Shown piece by piece: positions 17,996 to 27,464 of a stretch of DNA of 64,000 bases. The notes under the pieces are model-generated. The model was not told the origin of the DNA, did not search any database, and saw only the letters and a list, made by a program, of their open reading frames with translations. Numbering within the stretch: the stretch's first letter is position 1; each line of letters starts with the position of its first letter. Source of the stretch: an uncultured archaeon. GTDB lineage: Archaea > Asgardarchaeota > Thorarchaeia > Thorarchaeales > Thorarchaeaceae. The stretch spans positions 36,638-100,637 of the forward strand of contig CAZVZC010000001.1 in the NCBI GenBank assembly GCA_964631415.1, written 5' to 3'. The position numbers and the translations under genes are program-made.

Positions 17996-19078
17996 TTGAC
18001 ACCAAGTGCTCATATCGGTCTACCCAAGTATGTCAGGGACCGCGACATAGTCCATGACAGGGATGGACGTGTCTTTGTTGCTCTCGGCCATATTCAACCA
18101 AGTGACCGCATACTATCCTATCTCAAATACATCCCAGACCCGGGGGGCGAATGGCGCAGCGGCAACAACAGGTACCGACGTGTGTTCTGGGGTGGGGTAG
18201 ACTCCGTCACGAAGGGCATGGCTATGGTGCCCCCTGACTATGTAGTGGATGATGCTCACTTTGGTACCAGCCTATTGGAGCCGCCGAGAGATATCATCTC
18301 CAAGTACTTCAGCCCCGAGCTGCGACTAGGTGAAATCCTTCGCGAAGGCCCAAGTGATGAACTCGAGTCAGCTGCCAAGCATCTGGCTGAGGTGCTTCAT
18401 GATGCGCTTGGTATCCCTCTGGAACGCATTGGAGTCACAGGGAGCATTTGTTGGAAGGCACATGATCCAGCACATTCAGACATCAACATGAACATCTATG
18501 GTTTTGGAGAGGCGTGGCGTCTTCAATACGGTTACGAAGAACTCATAGAGCAGAACAGACATGTGACTCTGAGAAGCTACTCGGACTGGGGCTCTACTCT
18601 CTCCCGAATGACGGAGCGCTTTCCTCAGATGCCAGCTGGTGTAGTCGAGAATTTGTTCCTTCGACGTAGTGAACTGTGCATCGACGGTAGGTGCATTGGG
18701 GTCATGCCTGTGCTCTTGTCGAGCGAGGTGCCGATACGACATGGTAGCGAACACTACGTTTCAATGACTGATGACCCCGTGAGTATCACAATGGACATCA
18801 GTGATGTGAGATACGGTATCTTCATGCCTGCAGTGTACGAGGGCATATCGGAGCCGGTAGACGCAATACGTGGTGCCCGGGTCAGTCGCATAATGGTCTA
18901 CGATGGTGTGTTCAGAGGACTACTGCGTACTGGTGACCGTGTCGAAATGGTGGGAACTCTTCAGAGGGTCAGATCTGGCTCAGAAGCAGATGACGGGAAT
19001 GAGTTCTATCAGATTATGGTGGGTACGAAGAATGGTTACGGACGGGAGTTCATTCGTGTGATGAAGGCCAGCGTCTAG
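17996..19078 (+). CDS. Predicted archaeal nucleotidyltransferase (COG1665-like)
   Basis: RDRD...LKYIP N-terminus, IGVTGS...SDIN motif, C-terminal beta-rich region (GDRVEMVGTLQ). Confidence 0.75.
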   Translation: MTPSAHIGLPKYVRDRDIVHDRDGRVFVALGHIQPSDRILSYLKYIPDPGGEWRSGNNRYRRVFWGGVDSVTKGMAMVPPDYVVDDAHFGTSLLEPPRDIISKYFSPELRLGEILREGPSDELESAAKHLAEVLHDALGIPLERIGVTGSICWKAHDPAHSDINMNIYGFGEAWRLQYGYEELIEQNRHVTLRSYSDWGSTLSRMTERFPQMPAGVVENLFLRRSELCIDGRCIGVMPVLLSSEVPIRHGSEHYVSMTDDPVSITMDISDVRYGIFMPAVYEGISEPVDAIRGARVSRIMVYDGVFRGLLRTGDRVEMVGTLQRVRSGSEADDGNEFYQIMVGTKNGYGREFIRVMKASV

Positions 19079-19146
19079 TGCTTGCATGAATCGGACAATA
19101 CAGGTTCATCGGAAGTGTCTTAGGCACTGAATCGTAGCGCCAGTCG

Positions 19147-20208
19147 ATGTACTCTCCCAGACCCTTTCTCAGAATACCTGCAGGTGAAGGAAACTGGGTA
19201 AAGAAAGCTCTCTTGGCTGCGAATCTGCTTGACAAGGCATTCAGGATTGAATCTAGAGATGGTGTGCTGTTCATTCCTCTGAAGCATGAGATAGAACATG
19301 AGAAGATTCGAGAGATCATTGGAGCTGTAGCCTTCGAAACCGGTTTGAAGCGCTTCAATCCACTCTCCAAGCCCCCAAGAACACTCAGAGATGCATTAGC
19401 TGGCAGGATGAGCGCCGAGCATATGGAGTTGCTCCCCAGAGCGTATGATATGGTTGGTGACATCGCGGTGCTCGAACTGCCAGACGAGATAGCATCGCAT
19501 GGAAAACAGATTGGCGAGGCCTTCTTGGCAGTCCACAACAGTTTCTCGACGGTCCTAGCTAAGAGAGGTGCCGTGTCAGGTATCTCCAGAACACGACAGT
19601 ACGAGTTCCTTGCAGGCCAAGACAAGACAAAGACTGTTCACATAGAATACGGTTGCAGGATAGTCGTGGACTTGGCAAAGGCCTACTTCAGCCCCAGATT
19701 GCTTGAAGAGCACAGCAGGATTGCCAAGAAGGTGAAGGATGGCGAACTCATCATAGACATGTTCACCGGCGTCGGTTGCTTCCCTCTTCATATCACAAAA
19801 GCACACAATTCGCGCGTGGTGGCTATAGACATCAATCCAGGCGCAATCCGCTTGCTGGAAGAAAGCATGGGCATGAACCGGCTCAGAGGTGAGATAGTCC
19901 CGGTAGTGGCGGACTCAGGAGTCTATGTCCGGACCAACTTCTTCAGGAATGCCGATCGCATCATAATGAATCATCCCTCAGGGGCTCTGGAATTTGTTCC
20001 AGAGGCTTGTCATGCCATCAAAGACAATGGGACAATTCACTACCACACGTTTACAGGAGCAGACAATCCAGACGAAGAGATGATTGAGAAGGTCACCCAA
20101 CTGATTAAGAACAGCGGCCGGGATCTTGTTGAGATAACAGAACTGAAGCGTGTCCGCGAAAGTGCTCCTTATGAATATCAGATGGTTGCAGACTTGATCA
20201 TCCGCTGA
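19147..20208 (+). CDS. trm5: tRNA (guanine37-N1)-methyltransferase Trm5/Taw22 family
   Basis: YDMVGDIA, YFSPRL, DMFTGVG, AIDINP, RIIMNHP. Confidence 0.9.
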   Translation: MYSPRPFLRIPAGEGNWVKKALLAANLLDKAFRIESRDGVLFIPLKHEIEHEKIREIIGAVAFETGLKRFNPLSKPPRTLRDALAGRMSAEHMELLPRAYDMVGDIAVLELPDEIASHGKQIGEAFLAVHNSFSTVLAKRGAVSGISRTRQYEFLAGQDKTKTVHIEYGCRIVVDLAKAYFSPRLLEEHSRIAKKVKDGELIIDMFTGVGCFPLHITKAHNSRVVAIDINPGAIRLLEESMGMNRLRGEIVPVVADSGVYVRTNFFRNADRIIMNHPSGALEFVPEACHAIKDNGTIHYHTFTGADNPDEEMIEKVTQLIKNSGRDLVEITELKRVRESAPYEYQMVADLIIR

Positions 20209-20623
20209 TGTAGATGAGTTCACAATCTAGTACAGCATCAGGCTGCTTGAGCCTATCTACAAAACCACGGTCCAAGCCCGATGCCGCCTTGTTTGCTTGT
20301 ATGAGCACAGTTCGTCCGCACTCAAATGAACCGGTCCGTGCCACCATGCTTGTGGTATCAGTATACGTGAGACCTATACTGCCTCGGCCCACCACTTCCT
20401 CGGCCATGTCGTCTACCGCCATTCTGAGGACTATCTTGGTGTTCCTGTTTCTGGCCATGGCCTTTATCTCGTCATCCAAGTTTCGCAGAGTCTGGTTGGC
20501 GCACACGCCAACAATGCAGGTGCCACGCCTTGTGACATTCCTCTCTGTTGTTATCTCAAGCGTGGTATCATGTCTGCCCACTATCTCGCTGTGGCCTGCT
20601 GCCCGAAACCGGACGCTACGCAT
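20198..20623 (-). CDS. DUF371 family protein
   Basis: GH...H.TTLEIT...T.RGTCIVGV.A, MVAR, RT, ANKAA motifs. Confidence 0.85.
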   Translation of the reverse strand: MRSVRFRAAGHSEIVGRHDTTLEITTERNVTRRGTCIVGVCANQTLRNLDDEIKAMARNRNTKIVLRMAVDDMAEEVVGRGSIGLTYTDTTSMVARTGSFECGRTVLIQANKAASGLDRGFVDRLKQPDAVLDCELIYISG

Positions 20624-20682
20624 GTCCTACTGAGTGCTCTCAAGGCTTTTATCATTGCACGTATCTCCGCTTTACGATTGGT

Positions 20683-21360
20683 ATGCCTGAGAGCCGCTTG
20701 GAAACTGAAAAGGAGGGACTGGTTCAGCGGTTGAAGGCCAGCGGTTATCTCGCAAGCGAACAAGTGGAACGAGCATTCAGAAGAGTACCACGCGAAGAGT
20801 TCGTATTGCCTGAGCTTCGGAGCGAGGCATATCGCGACACGCCCCTCCCGATATGTTGTGGACAGACGATATCTGCGCCCCATATGTGTGTAATCATGTG
20901 TGAGGTGCTGGAGCTCAGGGAAGGGCTCAAGGTGTTGGAGGTGGGTGCAGGATCTGGATATCACGCTGCACTCTGTGCTGAGATGATTGCACCTGCGAAC
21001 GCGCAAAAGCTTGGCCATGTATATACAATCGAGATCATGGATGGGCTCATCGACTTCGCACGAAGGAATCTCGAGCGGACCGCTTATGGCAGTAGGGTGA
21101 CGTTGATTCATGGTGACGGCGGCAAAGGTCTTCCCCAGTACGCGCCTTTCGACAGAGTAATTGTCACAGCGGCTGCTCCATCTGTGCCTCCACCCCTAGT
21201 CGACCAGCTTGTTCCTGGAGGCACAATGCTGATACCAGTAGGTGGGCGTGGTTTCTTCCAAGAACTGCTGGTCCTGAGAAAGGACTCAAAAGGCAGAATC
21301 AGCACAAAGAACTGGGGTGGTGTCGCATTTGTGCCTCTCACAGGTGAGTATGGACACTGA
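20683..21360 (+). CDS. pcm: Protein-L-isoaspartate O-methyltransferase
   Basis: AYRDTPLPI, GQTISAPHM, VLEVGAGSGY, APFDRVIVTAAA, VAFVPL; start ATG 20683. Confidence 0.96.
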   Translation: MPESRLETEKEGLVQRLKASGYLASEQVERAFRRVPREEFVLPELRSEAYRDTPLPICCGQTISAPHMCVIMCEVLELREGLKVLEVGAGSGYHAALCAEMIAPANAQKLGHVYTIEIMDGLIDFARRNLERTAYGSRVTLIHGDGGKGLPQYAPFDRVIVTAAAPSVPPPLVDQLVPGGTMLIPVGGRGFFQELLVLRKDSKGRISTKNWGGVAFVPLTGEYGH

Positions 21361-21362
21361 GC

Positions 21363-22046
21363 TCACATAACAAGGTGAAGTGGCACCACCCTGAGGGTTA
21401 GGGCTTCATCGACCCCTAGACCAAGCTTCTTCCTCAGGTTCACAGGCGCAATCACCTCGAGAATGTCCTGACTGTGATGTGTTCTCTGAGCAATGACGAC
21501 TGCGCCCTCAATCTTGTCGTTGACTCTCACTCTGTAGCAAATCACGTCACCGAATGTTCTTCCTTCCCTTGTGAAGCCAGTGACAACCAGTGGTGGGGTA
21601 TGTTTCATCCTGCTGACTGCTCTCTGCGACTCCTCGTCAGCGACTTTCACATTCAGAGTACCAGAGAAAGGAGTGAAACCAAGTGCGTTCTTGAATCGCG
21701 AGGAGTAGGCGTCCACATAGTATGCTCCTTCACCAAGACCGTCCACAATACGGCCGCGAATCAGAATCTCGTTTCCAGCCGGCGCCAAGGCGGTTTCTAG
21801 GCCACCGAGAACCTGCACCAACTCGTTGTGGCCCATCTCCGTAAGTTCGACCCCCATACCATTGGCCGTGTGTGTGCGGCTTATGTATCCATTTTCAACA
21901 CAATAAGTCATGCGACGTGATGCGGTCTGCTGGCTCACTCCCATGAGATTGCCGAGTTGACGAGTGGTCAAGGTCACCCGTCCATGTACTGCTCCCAGTT
22001 GGGCCAATGAGTAGAGGGTGAACCACGTTTCGGGTTCAATCAACAC
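21363..22046 (-). CDS. ribK: CTP-dependent riboflavin kinase with N-terminal HTH (RbkR type)
   Basis: SQQTASR HTH, GLGEGAYYV, PFSGTLN, LEVIAP.NLR. Confidence 0.93.
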   Translation of the reverse strand: MLIEPETWFTLYSLAQLGAVHGRVTLTTRQLGNLMGVSQQTASRRMTYCVENGYISRTHTANGMGVELTEMGHNELVQVLGGLETALAPAGNEILIRGRIVDGLGEGAYYVDAYSSRFKNALGFTPFSGTLNVKVADEESQRAVSRMKHTPPLVVTGFTREGRTFGDVICYRVRVNDKIEGAVVIAQRTHHSQDILEVIAPVNLRKKLGLGVDEALTLRVVPLHLVM

Positions 22047-22708
22047 GCGCCGCCTCCATGAAGTGTTTCCGCCATCGACTTCGCGATGCTATGAGCTCTG
22101 CGGAGTGGCTCGGGGAAGCCATGAACGGAAGTCGCCCTGACGACCTCAAGGGCGGTTTCAAGACTGATTCTATGTCCAACTGACACGTAGACCGGCCTTT
22201 TCCTATCATTGAGCCACAGTGCCGAGCCGACGGCCTGCCCGGCGTCCACGATTCCAGCTGTGTCACCAGAACGAGTCTGAATCTTCCCCTGTAGAAGAGT
22301 CTTAGTAATGCCAATGGTCTGCTTATCCATTGTAACTCCCAAGTATGAGGCGAGACCAAGTCTGCGGGGATGAAGAACGCCGTTGCCATTGATCAAGATG
22401 GGCCCAGTTGGCTCCAATTCACCGAGAATCGCAGCAACTACTGGGCCCTCACGCAACTGAAAGAATCCCGGCAGGTAGGGTGTCCTACACTCACATGTTC
22501 TCTTCCTAATCTGCACCACAATCTGACTGTGGAGGTCCATCACTACAGCACAGCCCAATGCATCAGTATCTGTGTAAGCAACGTCTATGCCAGTGACAAG
22601 TAGGCCATCGAACGGTGGCTCGTCGCGGACGATGACTCTATTCGCGAGTTCCATCTGCTGAGTTTCAGCCTGTGCTACTGCCTGAATGAGCTCAGCATTT
22701 GCGGTCAT
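22040..22708 (-). CDS. nfi: Endonuclease V family protein (catalytic DGxG changed to NGNG)
   Basis: GIDVAY, PYLPGF..RE, NGNGVLHPRRLGLASYLG, PVYVSVGH, PEPLRRAH. Confidence 0.9.
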   Translation of the reverse strand: MTANAELIQAVAQAETQQMELANRVIVRDEPPFDGLLVTGIDVAYTDTDALGCAVVMDLHSQIVVQIRKRTCECRTPYLPGFFQLREGPVVAAILGELEPTGPILINGNGVLHPRRLGLASYLGVTMDKQTIGITKTLLQGKIQTRSGDTAGIVDAGQAVGSALWLNDRKRPVYVSVGHRISLETALEVVRATSVHGFPEPLRRAHSIAKSMAETLHGGGAC

Positions 22709-23348
22709 CTCTGGTGCGCTCCTCGAAGCCCCTGAGCTCTCCTATGAGCTTGGACTGCTGTACCCCTGCGGTGAGGTCTCCGCGGGTCCGCTCCACGAGC
22801 GACCTAGCGACATCACACTTCCTGCGAAGGTCCGGGACCAAGGCATTTGGGAAATCGAATGATAATAGTCCATCCAGTGTTTCTTCCATGAGTCCCAAGA
22901 GTTGCTCAGCCCGCTCGACATCGTCTGCACGTAGAGAGTCGAGTACTGCTCTTCTGAGTTCTCCAACCGCATCTGCGAGGCCTGTAAGGAACGGCCTAGA
23001 AGGTATGCCATGCTGCTGAGGTGGAGTAAACGTGCCTTCACTAAGCAGAGAAACCACATTGGCCGCCTCAGCTATCTCTTGGTACGCGTTATCCAACAGC
23101 CTGGAGGAAAGCATGAACTCGCTCTGTGAAATCTCTCGGCTCGCCTCGGTCAGGATGTCTTGGGCTTCGTAGATCAGTCCAGACGCATCAGCATACTCTC
23201 TCCTGTGTGCACACTTCACTGACTCTGCACATTTTCTTACAGCCTCTCTTGCCAGAGGTAGGACTTTCTCACGAATGCTGTCGTCGTTCTCAATCTCCGT
23301 TTTGAGGGGCTCTAGGATTCTTTCAAGCTCCACATAGTCCACCTTCAT
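22692..23348 (-). CDS. Translin/Trax family ribonuclease
   Basis: RE...LAREAVR, AYQEIAEA, GLADAVGELRR, LRRKCD. Confidence 0.9.
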   Translation of the reverse strand: MKVDYVELERILEPLKTEIENDDSIREKVLPLAREAVRKCAESVKCAHRREYADASGLIYEAQDILTEASREISQSEFMLSSRLLDNAYQEIAEAANVVSLLSEGTFTPPQQHGIPSRPFLTGLADAVGELRRAVLDSLRADDVERAEQLLGLMEETLDGLLSFDFPNALVPDLRRKCDVARSLVERTRGDLTAGVQQSKLIGELRGFEERTRDDRKC

Positions 23349-24367
23349 AGTGTCTGTATACTCTCTGGGTGCCGCTCTCGAGATAGAAGCACAACACGGC
23401 TTTCAACTTGTTCATCAAGAGGGGTATATCCAGTGATTGCCGATATCCTCTCTGCAAATGCACGTATGTCCCGGTGAGAGGGAACATTCTGGAGGCCCAG
23501 TCTTCCTCTTGACGAGCCCAAGGGCATATACCCCTTCACCTCCACGAAGTCTGGTTCTCCCTTCAGAATCATGTTGCCATAGGCCCTTGCATTATGCATG
23601 TTGCGGCCTGAAACCATTGTGAGCCTATTGACGCACCTGCAGTTGAGTGACCTGAGCAATTCCTGCGTTTCGTTAATCAGCTCCCATGAGTGGAGATATG
23701 CTGGTCGGCATAGAAGCCTGTAAGTCTGTTCATCGGGTGCGGCAAGCGTGACATACAACTGAGTTGGGAGTGAGATCTCTCTTAGGACTTCGGGACGCGT
23801 GCCATTAGTGACAAGGAATGATGTCATCTTTCGATGACGGATCTCATCAATCAATGGCCCAATCATAGGATACAGGGTAGGTTCTCCGGACAGTGAAATA
23901 GCCACATGTTTCGGGTCGCGTGCCTCCCGATACTTCTCCTCCGGAACCCTCGCTCCCGCTTCTGGATTGTAGCCTCCTAGTGCCCGCTGATTTGCCATCA
24001 ATGCGGCGTCCAAGAGATCTCGTGGAGGTAGTACATCTTCTTCCGACACGTCTGTCTGATTCCAGTCGATGCTGATGTCAGATGGCGTCACGCGCCAACA
24101 GAATCCACATTGCTGAGTACACTTGTCCACCAGTGGAGTCATCTGGATGCATCTATGTGACTCAATCCCATAGAATCGCTGCTTGTAGCAGACATCACCA
24201 AAAAGGAGGCTCTTTCTCTGCCATTGACAGGCCTTGAATGCTCCTCTCTCCCCAAGAATGTCATACCCCTGATGCTCAAGCTTCTCCCTGAGCTGGGTCG
24301 GCATCTCTGCGTTCAAGTTCGGCTCTCTTGGCTTGAGAGAGGACGACGTCTTATGAGCGTTTGGCAA
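23345..24367 (-). CDS. taw1: 4-demethylwyosine synthase Taw1 (radical SAM)
   Basis: CYKQRFYGIESHRCIQMTP, CTQQCGFCWR, ISLSGEPTLYP, EVKGYM; start may be ATG 24304. Confidence 0.95.
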   Translation of the reverse strand: MPNAHKTSSSLKPREPNLNAEMPTQLREKLEHQGYDILGERGAFKACQWQRKSLLFGDVCYKQRFYGIESHRCIQMTPLVDKCTQQCGFCWRVTPSDISIDWNQTDVSEEDVLPPRDLLDAALMANQRALGGYNPEAGARVPEEKYREARDPKHVAISLSGEPTLYPMIGPLIDEIRHRKMTSFLVTNGTRPEVLREISLPTQLYVTLAAPDEQTYRLLCRPAYLHSWELINETQELLRSLNCRCVNRLTMVSGRNMHNARAYGNMILKGEPDFVEVKGYMPLGSSRGRLGLQNVPSHRDIRAFAERISAITGYTPLDEQVESRVVLLSRERHPESIQTL

Positions 24368-24414
24368 TAGTCACCGACGAACAAGTCTGTGTTAAGACAC
24401 AAGCCAAGTCGCAC

Positions 24415-25680
24415 TCATGTGCACCGAGAGGACAGCTTCTCGGCCAAGTGCTCCTGTGTAGTCCATGACCCAGTGAGGTTCCCACGTTTCGCAAGTCTAC
24501 CCAATGTCTTTCTTGTTTCTTCATTGAGATGGCCCGGCGGCATGTTCTCGTAAGCACTTCCGGGTAATGGCAAGAACACATGAGCGTGAATCTTTGCGCC
24601 CATCTCTATCAGAGTCAGGCATGTTTCTATATTGGTCCTCACATCATCGTCATTCTCGCCAGGTAGACCGAAGATCATATCTACCTGAGGCACGAAACCG
24701 CTGTCCAGAGTTGTCCTGACAGCCATCATTCCATCTTCGACAGTATGCTTTCTGTTGATGGCTTCTAGAATACGGTCACTGCCTGACTGTAGCCCTATCT
24801 GGAGGGTTTCGTTGGAAACATATTGTCGCAGTATGCCCAGAGTGTCGCGGGTTACAAAGTCAGGTCTCACTTCTGACGGGAAGGAACCGAAGAACACTTC
24901 CTCAAGCCCTTCTATCGAGGTCGTTTCGCTTAGGAGTTGTTCCAGTTTCTCCGGTGCCACGCGTCTACCTGAACCCCCGAAACAGAGGGCGTTCGGAGAC
25001 AGGAACCAGGTTCGCTTGAAGTTCCTCTTCTGTACTGCAAGACGAAGCCAACTAACTATGGACTCCACTGACCTGTGTCTCACTGCTCCTCCCGTGAGGA
25101 AGGGAGTGCAACAGAACTTACATGCAAAAGGACAGCCACGGGTGACCTCGATGGGACCGACAATGTTCAGATCCAGTGCGAATGGTGGATAGTCATCGAG
25201 AGTCACTCTCGGTAGATCGCGGGGCTTTGGGTATGTTTCCATATGCTCAGACACAACACCCTCCACCCCTCCCACGTCCCCTCCACTCATTAATCGCCAT
25301 ACCATCTCTGGAAAAGCCTTTTCGCCCTCACCGACCAAGACATAATCGAATCCGGCATCCAACAACTCCCAAGGTCTTGCACTCGCATGTGGTCCCCCCG
25401 CAAGCAGCGTCACGGTATCCCCAAACTGACCACGGACTCTCCTGACCTCATCAGATACTCGATTCACCTGTGTCGACATGACTGAGTATGCGACTGTGAC
25501 ATGCCCTTGTCTGAGATACTCCGTGATGGCTTCATTTGGAGATCTGGAAGGTGCAAGGACTCTCAGACTGCTCAGTTTCGGCTCCGATTCGATTGCCCCG
25601 AGCAGGGCCGCTACACTATAGCGCGATTGCTGGTAGAAGCGGAAGATCAATGTGTGGTCAATCACGTGTCGCACGCGCAC
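24415..25680 (-). CDS. B12-binding domain / radical SAM protein (MJ1487-like)
   Basis: AGGPHAS, VGEGE, IEVTRGCPFACKFC, FGSFPSEVRP, QSGSDR. Confidence 0.88.
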   Translation of the reverse strand: MRVRHVIDHTLIFRFYQQSRYSVAALLGAIESEPKLSSLRVLAPSRSPNEAITEYLRQGHVTVAYSVMSTQVNRVSDEVRRVRGQFGDTVTLLAGGPHASARPWELLDAGFDYVLVGEGEKAFPEMVWRLMSGGDVGGVEGVVSEHMETYPKPRDLPRVTLDDYPPFALDLNIVGPIEVTRGCPFACKFCCTPFLTGGAVRHRSVESIVSWLRLAVQKRNFKRTWFLSPNALCFGGSGRRVAPEKLEQLLSETTSIEGLEEVFFGSFPSEVRPDFVTRDTLGILRQYVSNETLQIGLQSGSDRILEAINRKHTVEDGMMAVRTTLDSGFVPQVDMIFGLPGENDDDVRTNIETCLTLIEMGAKIHAHVFLPLPGSAYENMPPGHLNEETRKTLGRLAKRGNLTGSWTTQEHLAEKLSSRCT

Positions 25681-26276
25681 TAATTGAGTACTTTCTCCTG
25701 TACTCCCTCTTTGGTGACAGACATGACACGGATGTCACCACCGGACTGGACATCACGCGCAATTCCTGCCTTGACTGCCTTCACTGCGACATCCTCTGCC
25801 TCTTTCACTGTGAGCCCCTGTTTGAACTCTCTCTCGAGAACACCGTAGGCCATCTGCATTCCTGATCCTGCGGCAGTGTACTCGTCAGGAATCAATGAGC
25901 CACCCATGTCTAGAGTATACAGTGCAGGACCATTCTTGTCGACACCCACAATCACTGTTTGGACGTAGAGCGGGTCGACTCTTCTCGCGTAGAGCGTGTT
26001 TGCCACAATCTTGGAGAGCGTCTTCACTGTGATTGGCTTCTTCTCACTGAGTTCGTACAGTTTGATTTGAACATGAAGACGGTTGACAAGCATCTGATAG
26101 TCAGAGGTCAGCCCGGCGGAAGCCAAGACAATAGTGTCTGTCAGCTTGAATGCCTTGATGCCTTTCTCGCTCAAGACGAATGTACCCCAGCTCACCAATG
26201 AATCTGTTGCCACTATTGCTCCATCGCTACACTTGATGCCGACAACGGTCGCGCCTGTTGGTATTGACATGGTCAA
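25680..26276 (-). CDS. psmB: Proteasome beta subunit, non-catalytic type (Thr1 to Ala)
   Basis: TGATVVGIK, GSG..AYGVLE, RDVQSG. Confidence 0.93.
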   Translation of the reverse strand: MTMSIPTGATVVGIKCSDGAIVATDSLVSWGTFVLSEKGIKAFKLTDTIVLASAGLTSDYQMLVNRLHVQIKLYELSEKKPITVKTLSKIVANTLYARRVDPLYVQTVIVGVDKNGPALYTLDMGGSLIPDEYTAAGSGMQMAYGVLEREFKQGLTVKEAEDVAVKAVKAGIARDVQSGGDIRVMSVTKEGVQEKVLN

Positions 26277-26387
26277 GATGCCTCCGTCCGAAGAACTCTG
26301 GTACAGCTATGGTCAGTTGCGGTCCTTTTAAAACGCTTTTGAACTGTCCCTATCATCACCAGATATGCCGTAGGAGTAGTCTCTCAA

Positions 26388-27464
26388 GTGCCATCTCTGA
26401 ATCCATTCACAGACATTCCAGTATTGATGACCTCGGAGGAGATAATCGAGTATGCGCACAACAGGTCAGTCAGAAAGAGTGCAAAAAGTCCCGTACGGAT
26501 GTCGAAAATTGAGAAGACTCGCATAAGGGAGATAGCTAGGACCCAGGAGTTCACCAGACAAGTGAGGACCAAGCTGAAGGCGACCGTTGAGGCCTTTCCG
26601 TCTCTGGACCGACTTCATCCGTTCTATATGGAGTTGACCGAGATACTCATCGGCGTGGACAAGCTGAAACAGGCACTAGGAGCCATCTTCAACTGTATCG
26701 GTCCGATAGACAGGATAGCAGACTCGCAGATTGCAGCCATGAAGCGTGCAGACGTACTTGGTCAGATCAAGACGTTGCGGAGTGCTACAAAAGGACGCAT
26801 CTCCTCAATCGTACGTCAAACAGCCAAGAACCTCGACACGGTCATTCAGGCAAAAAAGGTCTTGAGTGGCCTGCCGGGAGTGAATCCGGGTTCACCCACA
26901 ATCGTGTGTGCAGGTTTTCCTAATGTAGGAAAGTCTACTCTCGTAAAGGCGGTTTCGACGGCTGAGCCTGAGATTGCCTACTATCCATTCACAACTCGTG
27001 AGGTGATAATTGGGCATATGACTGTGGACAACCAAGTCATTCAGGTGGTCGACACACCGGGCATCCTAGACCGGCCGATGAGTCAGAGAAATCAGATTGA
27101 GAGGCAGGCCATTGCCGCCCTGAAGTATCTGGCGAATGTCATCATATTCATGATGGACCCATCAGAGGCCTGTGGGTGGAGTTTCGACGAACAGATTCAT
27201 CTGCACGACGAGGTACGTAGAATGTTTCCAGTGAACCCCGTCATCGTTGTATTCAACAAGGTGGACATAACCCCTCAGGATCGTCTTGAGGCAGCAAGGG
27301 CGAGGATTCCAGGGGCCCGCGAGATTGTGGCTTCACAAGGGACAGGCCTCCAAGAACTCATGAAAGAGGTTATTGAAGCCGTAGATTTGTCGTCACTGCA
27401 GGAAGTCATAGATGCGTACCTTTCAGCGCTGCCCAAGGGTGAATCCCATTCCTCGGATGCGTAA
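26388..27464 (+). CDS. NOG1-family GTP-binding protein
   Basis: FPSLDRLHPFY, GFPNVGKS, YPFTT, DTPGILDRP, NKVD. Confidence 0.94.
   Translation: MPSLNPFTDIPVLMTSEEIIEYAHNRSVRKSAKSPVRMSKIEKTRIREIARTQEFTRQVRTKLKATVEAFPSLDRLHPFYMELTEILIGVDKLKQALGAIFNCIGPIDRIADSQIAAMKRADVLGQIKTLRSATKGRISSIVRQTAKNLDTVIQAKKVLSGLPGVNPGSPTIVCAGFPNVGKSTLVKAVSTAEPEIAYYPFTTREVIIGHMTVDNQVIQVVDTPGILDRPMSQRNQIERQAIAALKYLANVIIFMMDPSEACGWSFDEQIHLHDEVRRMFPVNPVIVVFNKVDITPQDRLEAARARIPGAREIVASQGTGLQELMKEVIEAVDLSSLQEVIDAYLSALPKGESHSSDA

Noticed and set aside
16657-19078. Genomic island at tRNA-Lys (GT4 plus nucleotidyltransferase)
   Set aside because: No integrase, no duplicated tRNA 3' end and no evident compositional shift.
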